A stretch of 64,000 bases of DNA from Terriglobia bacterium (GCA_963666975.2 CAXVYR010000003.1:896001-960000); one strand, 5' to 3'; shown: positions 10,970-21,767, counted from the stretch's first letter. Notes: generated by a model from the letters alone, not told the origin. Numbers and translations: made by a program.

Positions 10970-11594
10970 GAAATCCAGATGCAGAATGAAATAGGCAGCC
11001 GCGGTGCTGAGCGTCCAAGTGACCAGGACGCCTACGGTCACCAGATTCCGCACAACCCCGCCGATTTCCCGAAGGTCGGCGATACTTAAACTCAGCCCCC
11101 CTTCAAACAATATGATTGCAACTGCAATGGATACCAGGGGAAGCAACAGATCGCCGAAGAGCAAATCCGGGTCCAGAAAATTCGTTACGGGTCCCGCTAC
11201 AATCCCGAACACGAGCAGCAAGAGAATGGAGGGAAGGTGGATGCGCCACGCCAGCCACTGCGCCGCGATACCGAATATGATGATTGCCGCCAGGCCAATC
11301 CAGAGATGTTCAGCTAAAGAATGCCTTTTGAGGTATTAGGTATTGTCCTCTTGCTTTGCGCACGGCCCAGGCTCGGCGCTGCGCAACCTACATTTTAGTG
11401 GGAATTTCCGTTTCTCACTCTGCCTTCGCCAACCATCCTACACCAGCCTTCTGCCAGATCAGCATGGCTTTTCCGGCTGGAATTGGCTCCCTCCAATTTC
11501 AGTTTTCCAGCGCCCCAATCCCAAGCACTCTCCCGCTTCGGGTGCGGTCTACGGAAATTCTGAAACTAGGGTAATTGGATAGAAGCAGGCAATT

Positions 11595-11790
11595 TTACCG
11601 GACTTTCCGGCTCACGATTTCCAGGACGACGCCGTGCACCTGAAACTCGTCATACGCAGTGACGACCACGGGGCTGATTGCGGGATTATCGGCTCGGAGA
11701 ACAATCACCGTGCGCTTTTTCTCGTATCGCCGCAGCATTTTCTTTCCGTTTATGGTGCAGGCGTTGTAGCTGCCCGTTGACCTTGCCGGC
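11595..11790 (-). pseudogene. S24/LexA-like peptidase C-terminal fragment
   Basis: CTINGKKMLRRY...LRADNPAISPVVV...FQVHGVV resembles the S24 C-terminus; no N-terminus. Confidence 0.5.
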
Positions 11791-11978
11791 AGTGTGAAGA
11801 CGGTGGTAGTGAGCAAGGAGAAAGGCGAGCGGCAAGGCTGAGTCCAGGACCCCGCGACACGGAAACTCCTCTGCCTGGTTCCGCTCGACTCCTTCACCGA
11901 CCTAAAAACACTGCGGGCGACGCTCCCGACCCTGCTGGCGGAAACAAAACTCGTCGTTCCGTTATCTCCGTTGAAACC

Positions 11979-12300
11979 ATGATCCCGATGCTGCATCAGT
12001 TGTGCGCAGTTCCCAACAAAGCTTACCGGTCCCCTCGTTTCCTCTTCACCCTGCCCGGCATCTTCTTTTGCATCGCATTGGCCTTGCCCGTTTCCTCGGC
12101 TGTTGCGCAGCAGGCGGCGATTCCTCCAGAGGTGGAGGAATATTCCTCAGCCATGCAAGCGTTCCAAGACGCTTCCGCAAAGCAGCCGATTGAGCCGCTG
12201 TTTGCCTTGGGACTTGCTGCCGCTGATTCCCTGAAAGAAGCGCTTGAATTGCTGGACGACGCTGCGTATGAGCTGGCATCGAAAAAAATGGAGGGATTTT
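11979..12300 (+). pseudogene. Secreted hypothetical protein, N-terminal fragment
   Basis: Signal-like FFCIALALPVSSAVAQ; protein-like sequence stops at about 12300 where the opposite-strand 3D gene ends. Confidence 0.4.
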
Positions 12301-12323
12301 GTCAGGAGGCGGGTTTTAATTTT

Positions 12324-12809
12324 TTACCGGAACAGGCTTTGCGGGGCCGGTTCCCCGGCAACGTCCATGTCGAGCAGCGCAATTTCCTCATCGATCCCAT
12401 CCAAGAAAACTTCAATAGGGAGTTTCCTTCTTCCAAACTGGAGCGCCTCCGCCTTGTTGGGCTTCCATATGTCGATTCTGTGATCGTATTTCCGCGCCAG
12501 CCGGTCCAGGCAAACGTACAGCTTGCCCTCAATCAGAAATCTTGTTCCGAATGGATAATCTCTGGAGCAAGCAATGATCCCGTCGCGGACGCGCTGTCCC
12601 GACGCCGTGATAAACGGGTCCCCCTGAGTTTCGTCGAGCGAACTCGAATAGGCCGTCACCTCGGCAATCAGTATGTTGTTTTTCAGAGGTTCCTCTTCCG
12701 GGATGGGCTCTTCGATTCCGATATGAGCGGGAAAGATCCCCACCAAGGCCAAAAGTGTGATCCAAGTAGCGGATAGCGCCGTCAAGTGCTGGTAAATTTG
12801 TGAAATCAT
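12324..12809 (-). CDS. 3D-domain (MltA-like double-psi barrel) membrane-anchored protein
   Basis: VTAYSS...PFITASG...GIIAC...PFGT...CLDR...RIDIW...ALQFG. Confidence 0.85.
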   Translation of the reverse strand: MISQIYQHLTALSATWITLLALVGIFPAHIGIEEPIPEEEPLKNNILIAEVTAYSSSLDETQGDPFITASGQRVRDGIIACSRDYPFGTRFLIEGKLYVCLDRLARKYDHRIDIWKPNKAEALQFGRRKLPIEVFLDGIDEEIALLDMDVAGEPAPQSLFR

Positions 12810-13284
12810 AGGTGAACGGCAGTAGCTTTCATTGCCTGAAGCTTTCTCCCTCCCTTTCCCTTTTCGTTCGATATTCCAAGTTCACTAGTGCATTCCAGCA
12901 AAATCACTAACAGGAGGAAAAATATGAATCCATTCAACCTATTGATACTAAATGACTACCTTATTTTTTTAGGCGGTCCCAGGGTAAACTTTGAATAGTC
13001 TAGCACATTACCGCAGATTCGCTAGCAAAAAAAACAGGGGTCGTTAGTGAAAAAAACACATACTTCTGCAAGGTTCTAAGGGGGGAATATCCCCCCCGTC
13101 CAGTATCCCGGAAGTTCTGGGTCTCAACTCAATCAACCTCCCTAGCATAACCCCCCAAGGAGCCCAGGAGCTACTGATGCCCTTCCCAAGAGTTTGCTGC
13201 CATGAATTGCTGGTTAGGGGGTGATAGGATACGGAACGGCTGGGACTGGCAGATCAGCGAAATGCGAGGTGCGGAGGCGCCCGA

Positions 13285-14166
13285 ATGGGTTTTGAATACT
13301 GGCACATGCTGCCGATTTCGATCCTCATCGCAACCGCAGCGATGGCCTCCGGCGTGGGAGGCGCCACCTTTTTCACCCCGCTATTCATCCTTGTCCTGGG
13401 ACTGCCCGTTCCTGTGGCCGTGGCAGCGGGACTGATGACCGCGACCTGCGGCTTTGCCAGCGGCCTTTACGCTTACTCACGAAGGCGGGTTGTTGATTAC
13501 AAGCTAGGGTTATTGCTGCTTGCCGTCGCGGTGCCGATGGCTCTGGCTGGGACATAGCTCTCCGGCCATGTCGATCCGGGAGTTGTTAAAGTGATCCTGG
13601 CATTGATGCTGTTCGGCATAGCGGCCAGCTTCCTGCGCTCACCGGCGCACCCCGAAGCCGCTTATAGTGACGCCTCTGAGACTGACGCTGCTTACATGGC
13701 TGCCGCCCATCCAGAGAACTCCGAAGACATTCAGAACCACTCCTGCCTGACGGCAGCCGATGGGGAGACGATCTGCTACCCCATCCCCAACCGTACGGAG
13801 GGACAGGGGATCGCCTGCATCGGCGGATTATTTCTCGGCATGAGCTCAGCGGGCCTGGGCGAACTGAACGGATATTTTCTAATGCAACGGTCTCGCATGC
13901 CCAGCAAAGTGGCTATCCCAACAACCGTCTTCGTTGTAGCGGTCACATCGCTGAGCGCCTCGGTCGGCCATGCCGTGCAGTTAATGCAGAGCGGGCTGGG
14001 TTCGCAAACACTGCTGCTCAATCTGCTTGTCTTCACCGTACCCGGCGTCATCATCGGCGGGCAGTTGGGGCCGATCCTGGCTCGCAACCTTGCCCACCGC
14101 GTGATGCTCCGCGCGCTGGCAATCCTGTTCACGATAGTCGGGGTAACGATGCTGGCGGGTGTGTAA
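13285..14166 (+). pseudogene. Sulfite exporter TauE/SafE family, in-frame TAG at 13555-13557
   Basis: MASGVGGATFFTP, GLGEL, PGVIIGGQLG; the two ORFs are in one frame across a single TAG (likely a former TGG). Confidence 0.8.
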
Positions 14167-14251
14167 TGCAGACGGCGCGGACAATTCAGCCCGGCGCATT
14201 CTCCCCACTGCCGGATTGCTTGATCCACCTGCGGGGACGGGACCACATCGA

Positions 14252-14503
14252 TCAACTCATCAAGCCTAAACGCCGCAAATCGTCCTCGGTCCATTGGGCC
14301 TGTAATTCAAGGATGCTTTTTAATGTTCCTGGCCGAAAAGTGTCGGAAACGTGGTGGAAGGAGAGGGTGACGCGTCGTCCATCGGGGTGAGCATAGCGCC
14401 GGTGGCTTCCTCGCTGTCTTTTCAAGGTAAAGGCATCTGCGGTCAGGGCGGCGATCAACCGGCGGGCAGTAAGCGACCGCAGCTTCACATACTCGATCGT
14501 CAT
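14252..14503 (-). CDS. hicA: HicA-family mRNA interferase toxin
   Basis: RQRGSHRRYAHPDGRRVT, GTLKSI. Confidence 0.85.
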   Translation of the reverse strand: MTIEYVKLRSLTARRLIAALTADAFTLKRQRGSHRRYAHPDGRRVTLSFHHVSDTFRPGTLKSILELQAQWTEDDLRRLGLMS

Positions 14504-14733
14504 ACCGTAACGGCAACCACTGTCCGGTCTGAGGCGGTTACGACCTCCGGTAAAGACGCTCCGTCTTCCAGCATCTCCTCGATCACTATTTGAACAACCT
14601 CTTGCAGATTCTTGAGCGCCTCATCCTGGGTGTGTCCCCAGGTTGCCGCTCCCTTCTCTTCCAGTTCCGGGACGTAGGCACGCCAGACATCCTCATCGCG
14701 TTCGATGGCAACAGGGAAAATGTAGGATTTCAC
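14500..14733 (-). CDS. hicB: HicB-family antitoxin
   Basis: AYVPEL..AATWGHTQDEALKNLQEV; SD aaggagg before the GTG. Confidence 0.85.
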   Translation of the reverse strand: MKSYIFPVAIERDEDVWRAYVPELEEKGAATWGHTQDEALKNLQEVVQIVIEEMLEDGASLPEVVTASDRTVVAVTV

Positions 14734-14832
14734 GGACACGCCCTCCTTGTGAACCATGGTAGCATAATCCTCGGTATGTAGACTTTGGGTCAGGAAAATG
14801 CTATCCGTAGCAATCTCTTTCATTTTCAGTCT

Positions 14833-15576
14833 CTAACTACAATTATCAGTGGTCTTCTGCAACATCCCTCGAATCGCTTCCCGCACCTTTTCGGCTAGCA
14901 GGTCCTTATCCTTCCTGTTCATTCCTTCTGTCGAGATCGGGTCGCCCACAATCAGCCGGACGCGCCCGCCGTGGATGTTGAGCGAGTCCGGCGCCAGCAC
15001 CGCACGAGTCCCCGCGATGACCATAGGCACCACGGGCACGCGGGTGTCCAGCGCCAGCCGGAAACTACCGCTTAGAAATGGCTGCAACGTCCCGTCAGGG
15101 CTCCGGCCGCCCTCCGGGAACAGGATGATCGATGTCCCCTGACGGATTCGCTCCCTCGCCTTTGCCAGGCTGCGAACCGCGTCCCGAGGGTTGCGCGTGT
15201 CTCCCGGCAGATGCCCTGCCCGGCTTAGGTGCCACCCCATAAAGGGAATCGCAAAGAGCGATTTCTTAGCGACGATGCGGAACTGGAAGGGCAAGAACCC
15301 GAAGACCACGGGCGTATCCATGTAGCTCAAATGGTTGGAGCAAAAGACGCAGGGTTTCGTGAGGTCGATCTTTTCCAGCCCCTTGACTGTTACCCTCACA
15401 AAGCTTGTGGCCAGGATCAGGCGCGACCAAATGCGGGCGCAGGCGTGCTGGAAGCGTCCCCGCCGCTCAAAAAGCGAGCCGGTCAGCGACAGGCTGCCCA
15501 TCACAATCGTGTAGAGAGAAATCAGAGGAATGGTAAACAGGACCGAGCGAATCCAACTCAGCGAGTTCCACAGCAT
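14833..15576 (-). CDS. plsC: 1-acyl-sn-glycerol-3-phosphate acyltransferase
   Basis: NHLSYMD and FPEGGRS motifs; start overlaps the folC stop. Confidence 0.9.
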   Translation of the reverse strand: MLWNSLSWIRSVLFTIPLISLYTIVMGSLSLTGSLFERRGRFQHACARIWSRLILATSFVRVTVKGLEKIDLTKPCVFCSNHLSYMDTPVVFGFLPFQFRIVAKKSLFAIPFMGWHLSRAGHLPGDTRNPRDAVRSLAKARERIRQGTSIILFPEGGRSPDGTLQPFLSGSFRLALDTRVPVVPMVIAGTRAVLAPDSLNIHGGRVRLIVGDPISTEGMNRKDKDLLAEKVREAIRGMLQKTTDNCS

Positions 15577-16970
15577 TAGCGATCGCCCGAGGGAACCAGC
15601 ACAGTCTCCCGCAGCCAATCCGCCCCTTCGGCTTCCGGAGCGCACAGCCGCTTGATGTCGCCCACCAGGAAGAGCGAGCCGGTAACGAAAATTACATCCT
15701 CGTCCGAAGCCATCGCAAGCGCCGCTTCGAGCGCCGCCGCAGGCGCAGGCTCGATCACAAGATTCCGGCTCAGGTGGCTCGACAGTTCCCGCAGTGTCTC
15801 CGGGACAGCGGCTCGAAACTGTTCCGGGCGTGTCAGCACAACAGCGGAGGCTTGGGGGAACAGAATCTCCATGATCTCCTGGACCGCCTTGTCCCGCATA
15901 GCGCCGTAGACCAGGATGAGGTGGCGGGAGGGAAAATTCTCCTCCCAAAAGCGAACCAGCGCCCGCGCTGCGGAAGGATTGTGCGCACCATCCAGAAAGA
16001 CCCGTGGACGTTGCCGAAACAACTCCAGCCGCCCGGGCCACTCGGCCGCGGCCAGGCCCCGCTGGATGTCGTCGTCTGAGATGGGGAATCCCAGCCGCGC
16101 CAGCTCTCTCGCGCCGGCGACGGCAGCCAGGGCATTCTCCACCTGATGCCTTCCCCGCAACGACAGCTTCACGGGAAGCGATGGGCCGTCGTTCGCGCAG
16201 GCCAGAAAGCGATATTGTCCCTCGTGCCGGGAAACTTCCCCGGCGAAATATTCCCTCCCGACCTCCACCAGCCGCGCTCCTTGCTCGCGCGCCCTGGCGC
16301 GAATCACTTCCGCTGCCGCCGGATGAGAAGCCGCGCTCACCACCACCGATCCCGGCTTGATGACCCCGGCCTTTTCCGAAGCGATCGCTGCAATGGTGTT
16401 GCCTAAAAACCGCTCATGGTCAAAGTCGATCTCCGTCAGCAGCGAGAGGCAGGCGGCTGACGTGTTGGTGGCGTCCAGCCGTCCTCCCATGCCCACCTCC
16501 AGGACCGCCATGTCGCACCTCCGCCGGCGAAAGTACTCCATGCCCATTGCGGTCAGGCATTCAAAGTATGTGGGATGATAACGAAGCCGCCCCGCCGCCA
16601 AGAGCCGCTCGATCCGGCTGCGGAGGAAAGTAAACAGTTCGGCAAATTCCTCGGGAGGGATTGGATGGCCGCCGACCCGAATTCGTTCATTGATCTCCAC
16701 CAGGTGAGGCGAGGTATAAAGACCGGAGCGCAGGCCCGCCGCCCGAAGCACCGCATCCAGCATGGCGGCAGCCGAGCCTTTCCCGTTTGTGCCCGCAACC
16801 AGGATGCTGCGATAGGCCTCCTGGGGCCGCCCCAAATCTTCCAGCAGTTCGGTAATGTTACCGAGCCCCAATTTCTGGACGGTATCGGAAGCCGAGGCGC
16901 GGAGCTCATTGCCGAGCGAAATTAAGTATCGAGTGGCTCCTGCGTAATCCATCGTCTCCATCCATCTCAA
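15576..16970 (-). CDS. folC: Folylpolyglutamate/dihydrofolate synthase
   Basis: VAGTNGKGS, YTSPHL, EVGMGGRLDATN, DGAHNP. Confidence 0.95.
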   Translation of the reverse strand: MRWMETMDYAGATRYLISLGNELRASASDTVQKLGLGNITELLEDLGRPQEAYRSILVAGTNGKGSAAAMLDAVLRAAGLRSGLYTSPHLVEINERIRVGGHPIPPEEFAELFTFLRSRIERLLAAGRLRYHPTYFECLTAMGMEYFRRRRCDMAVLEVGMGGRLDATNTSAACLSLLTEIDFDHERFLGNTIAAIASEKAGVIKPGSVVVSAASHPAAAEVIRARAREQGARLVEVGREYFAGEVSRHEGQYRFLACANDGPSLPVKLSLRGRHQVENALAAVAGARELARLGFPISDDDIQRGLAAAEWPGRLELFRQRPRVFLDGAHNPSAARALVRFWEENFPSRHLILVYGAMRDKAVQEIMEILFPQASAVVLTRPEQFRAAVPETLRELSSHLSRNLVIEPAPAAALEAALAMASDEDVIFVTGSLFLVGDIKRLCAPEAEGADWLRETVLVPSGDR

Positions 16971-17809
16971 CCCATAAAGAAATTCAAGGAGCGCGCCAAA
17001 AAGGCTTTTAGCTCCCGGCGGGGCACTATGGCATCCAGCATCCCGTGTTCCAGAAGAAATTCGCTCCGCTGGAATCCGGCAGGAAGCTTCTGGCGTATGG
17101 TCTGCTCAATCACGCGCGGGCCGGCAAACCCGATCAGCGCTCCCGGTTCGGCGATGTTCAGGTCGCCGAGCATGGCGAAGCTGGCCGTCACGCCGCCCGT
17201 GGTGGGATCGGTGAGGAGGCTGAGAAAAGGAATGCGGGCTTCATCCAGGCGCGCCAGCGCGGCGCTGATCTTGGCCATCTGCATCAAGCTCACCGTTCCT
17301 TCCATCATCCGAGCGCCGCCGGACGCCGACACAATCACCAGCGGCAGCCGCTTTGCCATGGCGCGTTCAATGGCGCGGGTCACCATCTCTCCCACCACGC
17401 AACCCATGCTCCCGCCGATGAAGGCATATTCCATCGCACAGACAATCACGGCCCGGCCCTCCATGCTGCCTTCCGCGCTGATCAGCGCATCCTTCAAACC
17501 CGTGGATTGCTGGCTGCTCAGCAACCTGTCCTGGTAGGGTTTCAGGTCCACAAAATGCAGCGGGTCGGTCGTCTCCAATCCGGCATCCTGCTCCGTATAT
17601 TTTCCGTCGTCGAGCAACAGCCGCAGGCGCGCCCGTGCATCGATGCGGAAATGAAAGCCGCACCGGGGACAGACATTCCAGCTCGCTTCCAGGTCTTTCT
17701 TCCAGATAATTTGCCGGCACCCGCCGCACTTGATCCACAAGCCTTCCGTGCGAACCCGCGATCCTTCCGCGGGCTGGATGGGCTGTTTTTCTCTGCGAAA
17801 CCACGCCAT
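16967..17809 (-). CDS. accD: Acetyl-CoA carboxylase carboxyltransferase beta
   Basis: LWIKC..C zinc finger, GGSMG, SGGARM, PTTGGVTASF. Confidence 0.97.
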   Translation of the reverse strand: MAWFRREKQPIQPAEGSRVRTEGLWIKCGGCRQIIWKKDLEASWNVCPRCGFHFRIDARARLRLLLDDGKYTEQDAGLETTDPLHFVDLKPYQDRLLSSQQSTGLKDALISAEGSMEGRAVIVCAMEYAFIGGSMGCVVGEMVTRAIERAMAKRLPLVIVSASGGARMMEGTVSLMQMAKISAALARLDEARIPFLSLLTDPTTGGVTASFAMLGDLNIAEPGALIGFAGPRVIEQTIRQKLPAGFQRSEFLLEHGMLDAIVPRRELKAFLARSLNFFMG

Positions 17810-17973
17810 GATTTCCTCTCGCGAGACCCTTCATCTGAAAGGATCGGCTGCCTGAAACGCACCGAATGTCCGACCCTAATGTCCAACAGGACGGCCTTGT
17901 CGAAAACTTCGCCTTCCCTGGCAATCCAGTTGATTTTCTTTACCGGCCCCCAGCGTTCAACCGCCGGCGGCAG

Positions 17974-18132
17974 GGCTCTCGCCGAGTATTTTACACTTTT
18001 CGGTTGATCGGGAAGCTTTCTCAACCACTCAATGCGTAAAATTGCCGGGGGCTGCCGCCGGCAATCTTACGCGCCGACTGGCTTGAGAAGCTCGCCGCAT
18101 AACCGCAAGGCGTTAAACTCTCGGCGAGAGCC
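17974..18132 (-). ncRNA. ~160-nt rod-like hairpin (6S-like RNA or repeat-derived palindrome)
   Basis: Perfect 13-bp closing stem ggctctcgccgag/ctcggcgagagcc; internal stems with G-U pairs on the minus strand. Confidence 0.4.
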
Positions 18133-18134
18133 TC

Positions 18135-18587
18135 CTAGCGCGGATAGGGATGGTGGGCGAGCAGCGTGCAGGCGCGGTAGATTTGCTCCAGCAAAACAAC
18201 GCGCGCCAACTCGTGGGGCATCGTCAGGGGCGAGAGGGAGAGCAGCAAATCGGCCTCCCGCCGAAAAGGCTGCGAAAAGCCGTCCGCGCCGCCGACACAA
18301 AAGCAGATGCCGCGGTTTCCCTCATCGCGGCTGCGCTGCCAGAAGCGCGCAAAATCCTGCGAGGTCCACAAGCTCCCGGAAGCATCCAGGACTACACGAT
18401 AGGAGCCGACCGAGCGGGCCAGCAGGACCGCCTCCTCGCCCTTTACATCCCCCTTTCGTTTTTCTTTGCCGCGAATCTCTTCCGCGCGAAACTGGCAAAA
18501 CCGTCCCAGGCGGCGGGTGTATTCCTCGGTGAGAGCCGCCACCCCCGGTAGGCGGGTTTTCCCCACCCAGAACACCCGCACTTCCAT
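18135..18587 (-). CDS. rlmH: 23S rRNA m3Psi1915 methyltransferase
   Basis: VGGADG, LSPLTMPHELARVVLLEQIYRA, HPY. Confidence 0.95.
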   Translation of the reverse strand: MEVRVFWVGKTRLPGVAALTEEYTRRLGRFCQFRAEEIRGKEKRKGDVKGEEAVLLARSVGSYRVVLDASGSLWTSQDFARFWQRSRDEGNRGICFCVGGADGFSQPFRREADLLLSLSPLTMPHELARVVLLEQIYRACTLLAHHPYPR

Positions 18588-18649
18588 GCCATCGTTCCTC
18601 CACGGACTGCCTGGCTAAACGGGCTGTCCCGCCGGGTATTTCACGCCCT

Positions 18650-19015
18650 TCACAACTCAGCCTCGTCCGGCACCCGTCGCGTGGTCCGCCACAGCCGCTC
18701 CAGATTGTAGAAGGCTCTGGCCTGCTCGGAGAAGATGTGAACCACAAAATCCGCGTAGTCCATCAAAATCCACTCAGCGTGATTATAGCCTTCAATATGG
18801 GATGGCAGCAAACCGTGCTGCTTCAGGCGGCGCTCGATCTCGTCGCTGATGGATTGCATTTGCCGCCCGCTGGCGCCGCTGCAAATCAGGAAGTGACCGG
18901 TGAACGCAGCCACCGCGCTCAACTCCAGAACGAGCAGATCCTGGGCTTTTTTGTCCCGTGCCGCTTCCACCGCTACTCCCAGCGAGGATATCTGTTTACC
19001 CTTCGTGGTTTTCAT
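18650..19015 (-). CDS. rsfS: Ribosome silencing factor
   Basis: DKKAQD, WILMDY.DFVVHIF, RAFYNLERLW. Confidence 0.95.
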   Translation of the reverse strand: MKTTKGKQISSLGVAVEAARDKKAQDLLVLELSAVAAFTGHFLICSGASGRQMQSISDEIERRLKQHGLLPSHIEGYNHAEWILMDYADFVVHIFSEQARAFYNLERLWRTTRRVPDEAEL

Positions 19016-19652
19016 GGAATAGTCGCAACTTCTGAATGTAATCACCCACCAAATCCGGCACCAGTCCGCAGAGGGAGTTCCCTTCTGCGGCCAAGCTGCG
19101 GATTGTGGAAGAGGAGACATCCGCCTGAACCGTCGTCAGCAGATGAAGACTCGTCCGTCGCAGCGGAATACATTTTTCGGTGGCGCGGCCCGTTCGCAAC
19201 TCCGGCGGCACCGCCTTTGCAATTTCCTCAATCGGAAAACCCGGACGGCTGACGATGATGAAATCGCAGGAATCCAGCAGGGCAGCCGATTCGTGCCACT
19301 GCGGAATATCCAGGAAGGCATCTGCGCCGACCAGAAAATAGAGACGGTCCTCGGAAGACAACAAGGCAGCCAGTTTCCGGACGGTGACAATGGAGTAATT
19401 GACCTCCTCGCCGTTCTGTTCCGAGGCTTCCAGCAAGGAAGGAATAAATTGCGGCACGCCGGCGCAAGCCAGGACAACCATAGCGTAGCGGTGTGCGAAG
19501 GAGGTGAGGGGACGGTCGCGCTTGTGGGGAGGGATGCTGGCCGGGACAAAATGGATTTGGTCCAGGGCGAAAGCATGCATCGCGGCTTGTGCGGCGGAGA
19601 GATGTCCGGAGTGCACCGGATCAAAGGTGCCTCCAAACAAAGCAACATTCAC
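18996..19652 (-). CDS. nadD: Nicotinate-nucleotide adenylyltransferase
   Basis: [23 protein letters not shown]. Confidence 0.95.
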   Translation of the reverse strand: MNVALFGGTFDPVHSGHLSAAQAAMHAFALDQIHFVPASIPPHKRDRPLTSFAHRYAMVVLACAGVPQFIPSLLEASEQNGEEVNYSIVTVRKLAALLSSEDRLYFLVGADAFLDIPQWHESAALLDSCDFIIVSRPGFPIEEIAKAVPPELRTGRATEKCIPLRRTSLHLLTTVQADVSSSTIRSLAAEGNSLCGLVPDLVGDYIQKLRLFHENHEG

Positions 19653-20740
19653 TCGTGCTCCCTTTCTGACACACCGGTTGCGTCACTCCACACGGCGGAC
19701 GACTCCGGCAGCGTGGAGGCAGCCGGCTCCGGCTCGGCGCACCGCCTTTCGCGCAGCATCTCGGCAAGGCCCCATTTCAACTCTTCCAAACCTTCCCCCG
19801 TAGCAGCAGAGACCCGAAACAACCTCAGATTCCGGCGAGCTGCCAACTGCTCCAGGGCGCGCAACCGGCGGCCTTGTCCGGCAAGGTCGAGCTTTGCGGC
19901 AACCAATATCATCGGCTTGCGGGCCAGCTCCGGCTGAAAGCGGGACAACTCTTCCATTATCGTCTCGAACTCTTGCTCCGGCTCCGACTCTTTGTGTTCG
20001 CTGACCTCGATCAAGTGCGCCAGCAGGTAGGTCCGCTCAATGTGCCGCAGAAATCGCATCCCCAGGCCATGACCGCTGTGCGCTCCCTCAATCAGGCCTG
20101 GGATATCGGCCACGACAAAACTCTCGTCTTCCTCCACACGGACCACGCCCAGACAAGGCTCCAGAGTGGTAAAGGGATAGTCGGCAACTTTCGGGCGAGC
20201 GGCGGAGATGCGGCTCAGCAAGGATGACTTCCCCACGTTGGGGAAACCCACCAGCCCGACATCGGCCAACAGTTTCAAAACCAGCTGCAGCCGCCGAAAC
20301 TCACCGGGGGTGCCGGGCTCCGCTTCCCGCGGCGTCTGATGCGTGGAGGTGGCAAAGCGCGCATTGCCCCTTCCGCCTCGTCCTCCGGCTGCAACGACAA
20401 ATCGCCGGTCAGGCCGGTCAAAGTCGCACAGCTTCACTCCCGAGTCTTCTTCCGTAACCACGCAGCCCACCGGCACCTTCAGCACCAGGTCCTCGCCGCT
20501 GCGCCCTTTTCGGTTGCTCCCCTCTCCATGTCTTCCCCGCGGAGCCTTATGCTCCGGGTTAAACCGGAAATGGATCAGGGTGTTGTGCTGCTGAGAACTC
20601 TCCAGGATCACGTCGCCGCCCTTGCCGCCGTCGCCGCCGCTGGGCCCCCCCCGAGGAATAAACTTTTCCCTTCGGAAAGCGACACAGCCGTTGCCGCCGC
20701 CGCCGGCCTTGACGGAAATCCTGGTCTCATCCACAAACAC
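19649..20740 (-). CDS. obgE: GTPase Obg
   Basis: [40 protein letters not shown]. Confidence 0.97.
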   Translation of the reverse strand: MFVDETRISVKAGGGGNGCVAFRREKFIPRGGPSGGDGGKGGDVILESSQQHNTLIHFRFNPEHKAPRGRHGEGSNRKGRSGEDLVLKVPVGCVVTEEDSGVKLCDFDRPDRRFVVAAGGRGGRGNARFATSTHQTPREAEPGTPGEFRRLQLVLKLLADVGLVGFPNVGKSSLLSRISAARPKVADYPFTTLEPCLGVVRVEEDESFVVADIPGLIEGAHSGHGLGMRFLRHIERTYLLAHLIEVSEHKESEPEQEFETIMEELSRFQPELARKPMILVAAKLDLAGQGRRLRALEQLAARRNLRLFRVSAATGEGLEELKWGLAEMLRERRCAEPEPAASTLPESSAVWSDATGVSEREHE

Positions 20741-20787
20741 TGTCGGAATTTTTCTCCCGGAAGGGCTGCCGCCGACGGCGGACCGCC

Positions 20788-21069
20788 CTAACTTGCCGGC
20801 GGAGGGGCCGCTGGCTCTGCAGGCAAAACGTGAACAAATTTCCCGAACCGGCCCCGGTCAACAAAACGGACGACGCCGCTGATCTTTGCAAACAGCGTGT
20901 CGTCCCTGCCGCGGCCCACGTTTTCGCCCGGCTTGATGGGCGTCCCGCGCTGCCTCACCAGGATGGAACCGCCCGTGACCAACTGGCCTCCGAACCGTTT
21001 TACGCCCAACCGCTGCGCGTTGGAATCCCGGCCGTTGCGCGAACTCCCTAACCCTTTTTTGTGTGCCAT
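20788..21069 (-). CDS. rpmA: 50S ribosomal protein L27
   Basis: [24 protein letters not shown]. Confidence 0.98.
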   Translation of the reverse strand: MAHKKGLGSSRNGRDSNAQRLGVKRFGGQLVTGGSILVRQRGTPIKPGENVGRGRDDTLFAKISGVVRFVDRGRFGKFVHVLPAEPAAPPPAS

Positions 21070-21127
21070 ACTTCGATCATCCTCAGGCTTTCCCTGTTTT
21101 TAGCTTTCCCACCCGGCCCGGATGGAA

Positions 21128-21652
21128 TCAGCGTTTCTTGGTCGCGCCTCCGCTTTTTTTGGTTCCGCTTCCGCTCTTTTTCTGCGGGGCGCTGGTTTTT
21201 GCCGAAGGCTTTGCCGGGGCTTTCTTTGCAGTTTTCGGCGGCGCCTTGCGTGAAGCTTTTTGTGAAGCTTTCGGCGCGGCTTTCTTGGCAGGCTTCGGGG
21301 ATGCTTTCGGCGGAGCCTTCAGCGTTTCTCCCGGCGACAGCGAAATTTGATCCACGCGCAACTCCGTGTAACTTTGCCGGTGCCCGCGAGTTTTTTTGTA
21401 TTGCTTCTTTCTCTTAAAGTGAAAAACCAGAACCTTCCGGCTCCGGGCATGCGACAGGATCGTGGCCTCGACCTTCGCCTGCGCTACCGCCTCGCCAATC
21501 AATACTTTTCCCTCTTCGGCAGAAACGGCGAGCACTCGTCCGAACGCTCCCTCGCTTCCCTTCTCTCCCGGCAAACTCTCCACGCGGATTACATCGCCCG
21601 GCGCCACGCGGTACTGTTTGCCGCCCGTCTCAATGACGGCATACATCGACAC
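21128..21652 (-). CDS. rplU: 50S ribosomal protein L21 with Lys/Ala/Pro-rich tail
   Basis: MYAVIETGGKQYRV, GHRQ.YT. Confidence 0.97.
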   Translation of the reverse strand: MSMYAVIETGGKQYRVAPGDVIRVESLPGEKGSEGAFGRVLAVSAEEGKVLIGEAVAQAKVEATILSHARSRKVLVFHFKRKKQYKKTRGHRQSYTELRVDQISLSPGETLKAPPKASPKPAKKAAPKASQKASRKAPPKTAKKAPAKPSAKTSAPQKKSGSGTKKSGGATKKR

Positions 21653-21767
21653 CTCCAGCCTCTGCCGCCCCAGCCATTCATCTCTGCTTCCCGTGAGCCA
21701 CCCGCAATGTGCATCGGCTCATCCAACCGGAACGGCAACAAAACACCCTTGGATTCTTAGCCCGATT

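Larger units (their letters stand above)
8065..11317 (-). pseudogene. CPA1/NhaP-type Na+/H+ antiporter with TrkA_N-like domain, split by IS256
   Basis: AQWLAWRIHLPSILLLL, ILFEGGL, VTGPTVI, EGILGDPIG, WMAPR motifs on both sides of the IS; extra frameshift near 8180; start uncertain. Confidence 0.85.

Noticed and set aside
13141-13160. ctagcataacccc match to the start of the T7 terminator (vector contamination)
   Set aside because: Only 13 nt match; the rest of the terminator is absent.
13555-13557. Amber recoding (pyrrolysine or alternative code) in TauE
   Set aside because: TAG terminates normal genes here (rlmH, plsC); a TGG-to-TAG change or sequence error is simpler.
15577-16041. N-terminal extension of PlsC in the ORF track
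   Set aside because: It overlaps folC; the real start couples to the folC stop at 15576.
17542-18024. 160-aa ORF upstream of accD
   Set aside because: It overlaps accD and the hairpin and shows no protein motif.
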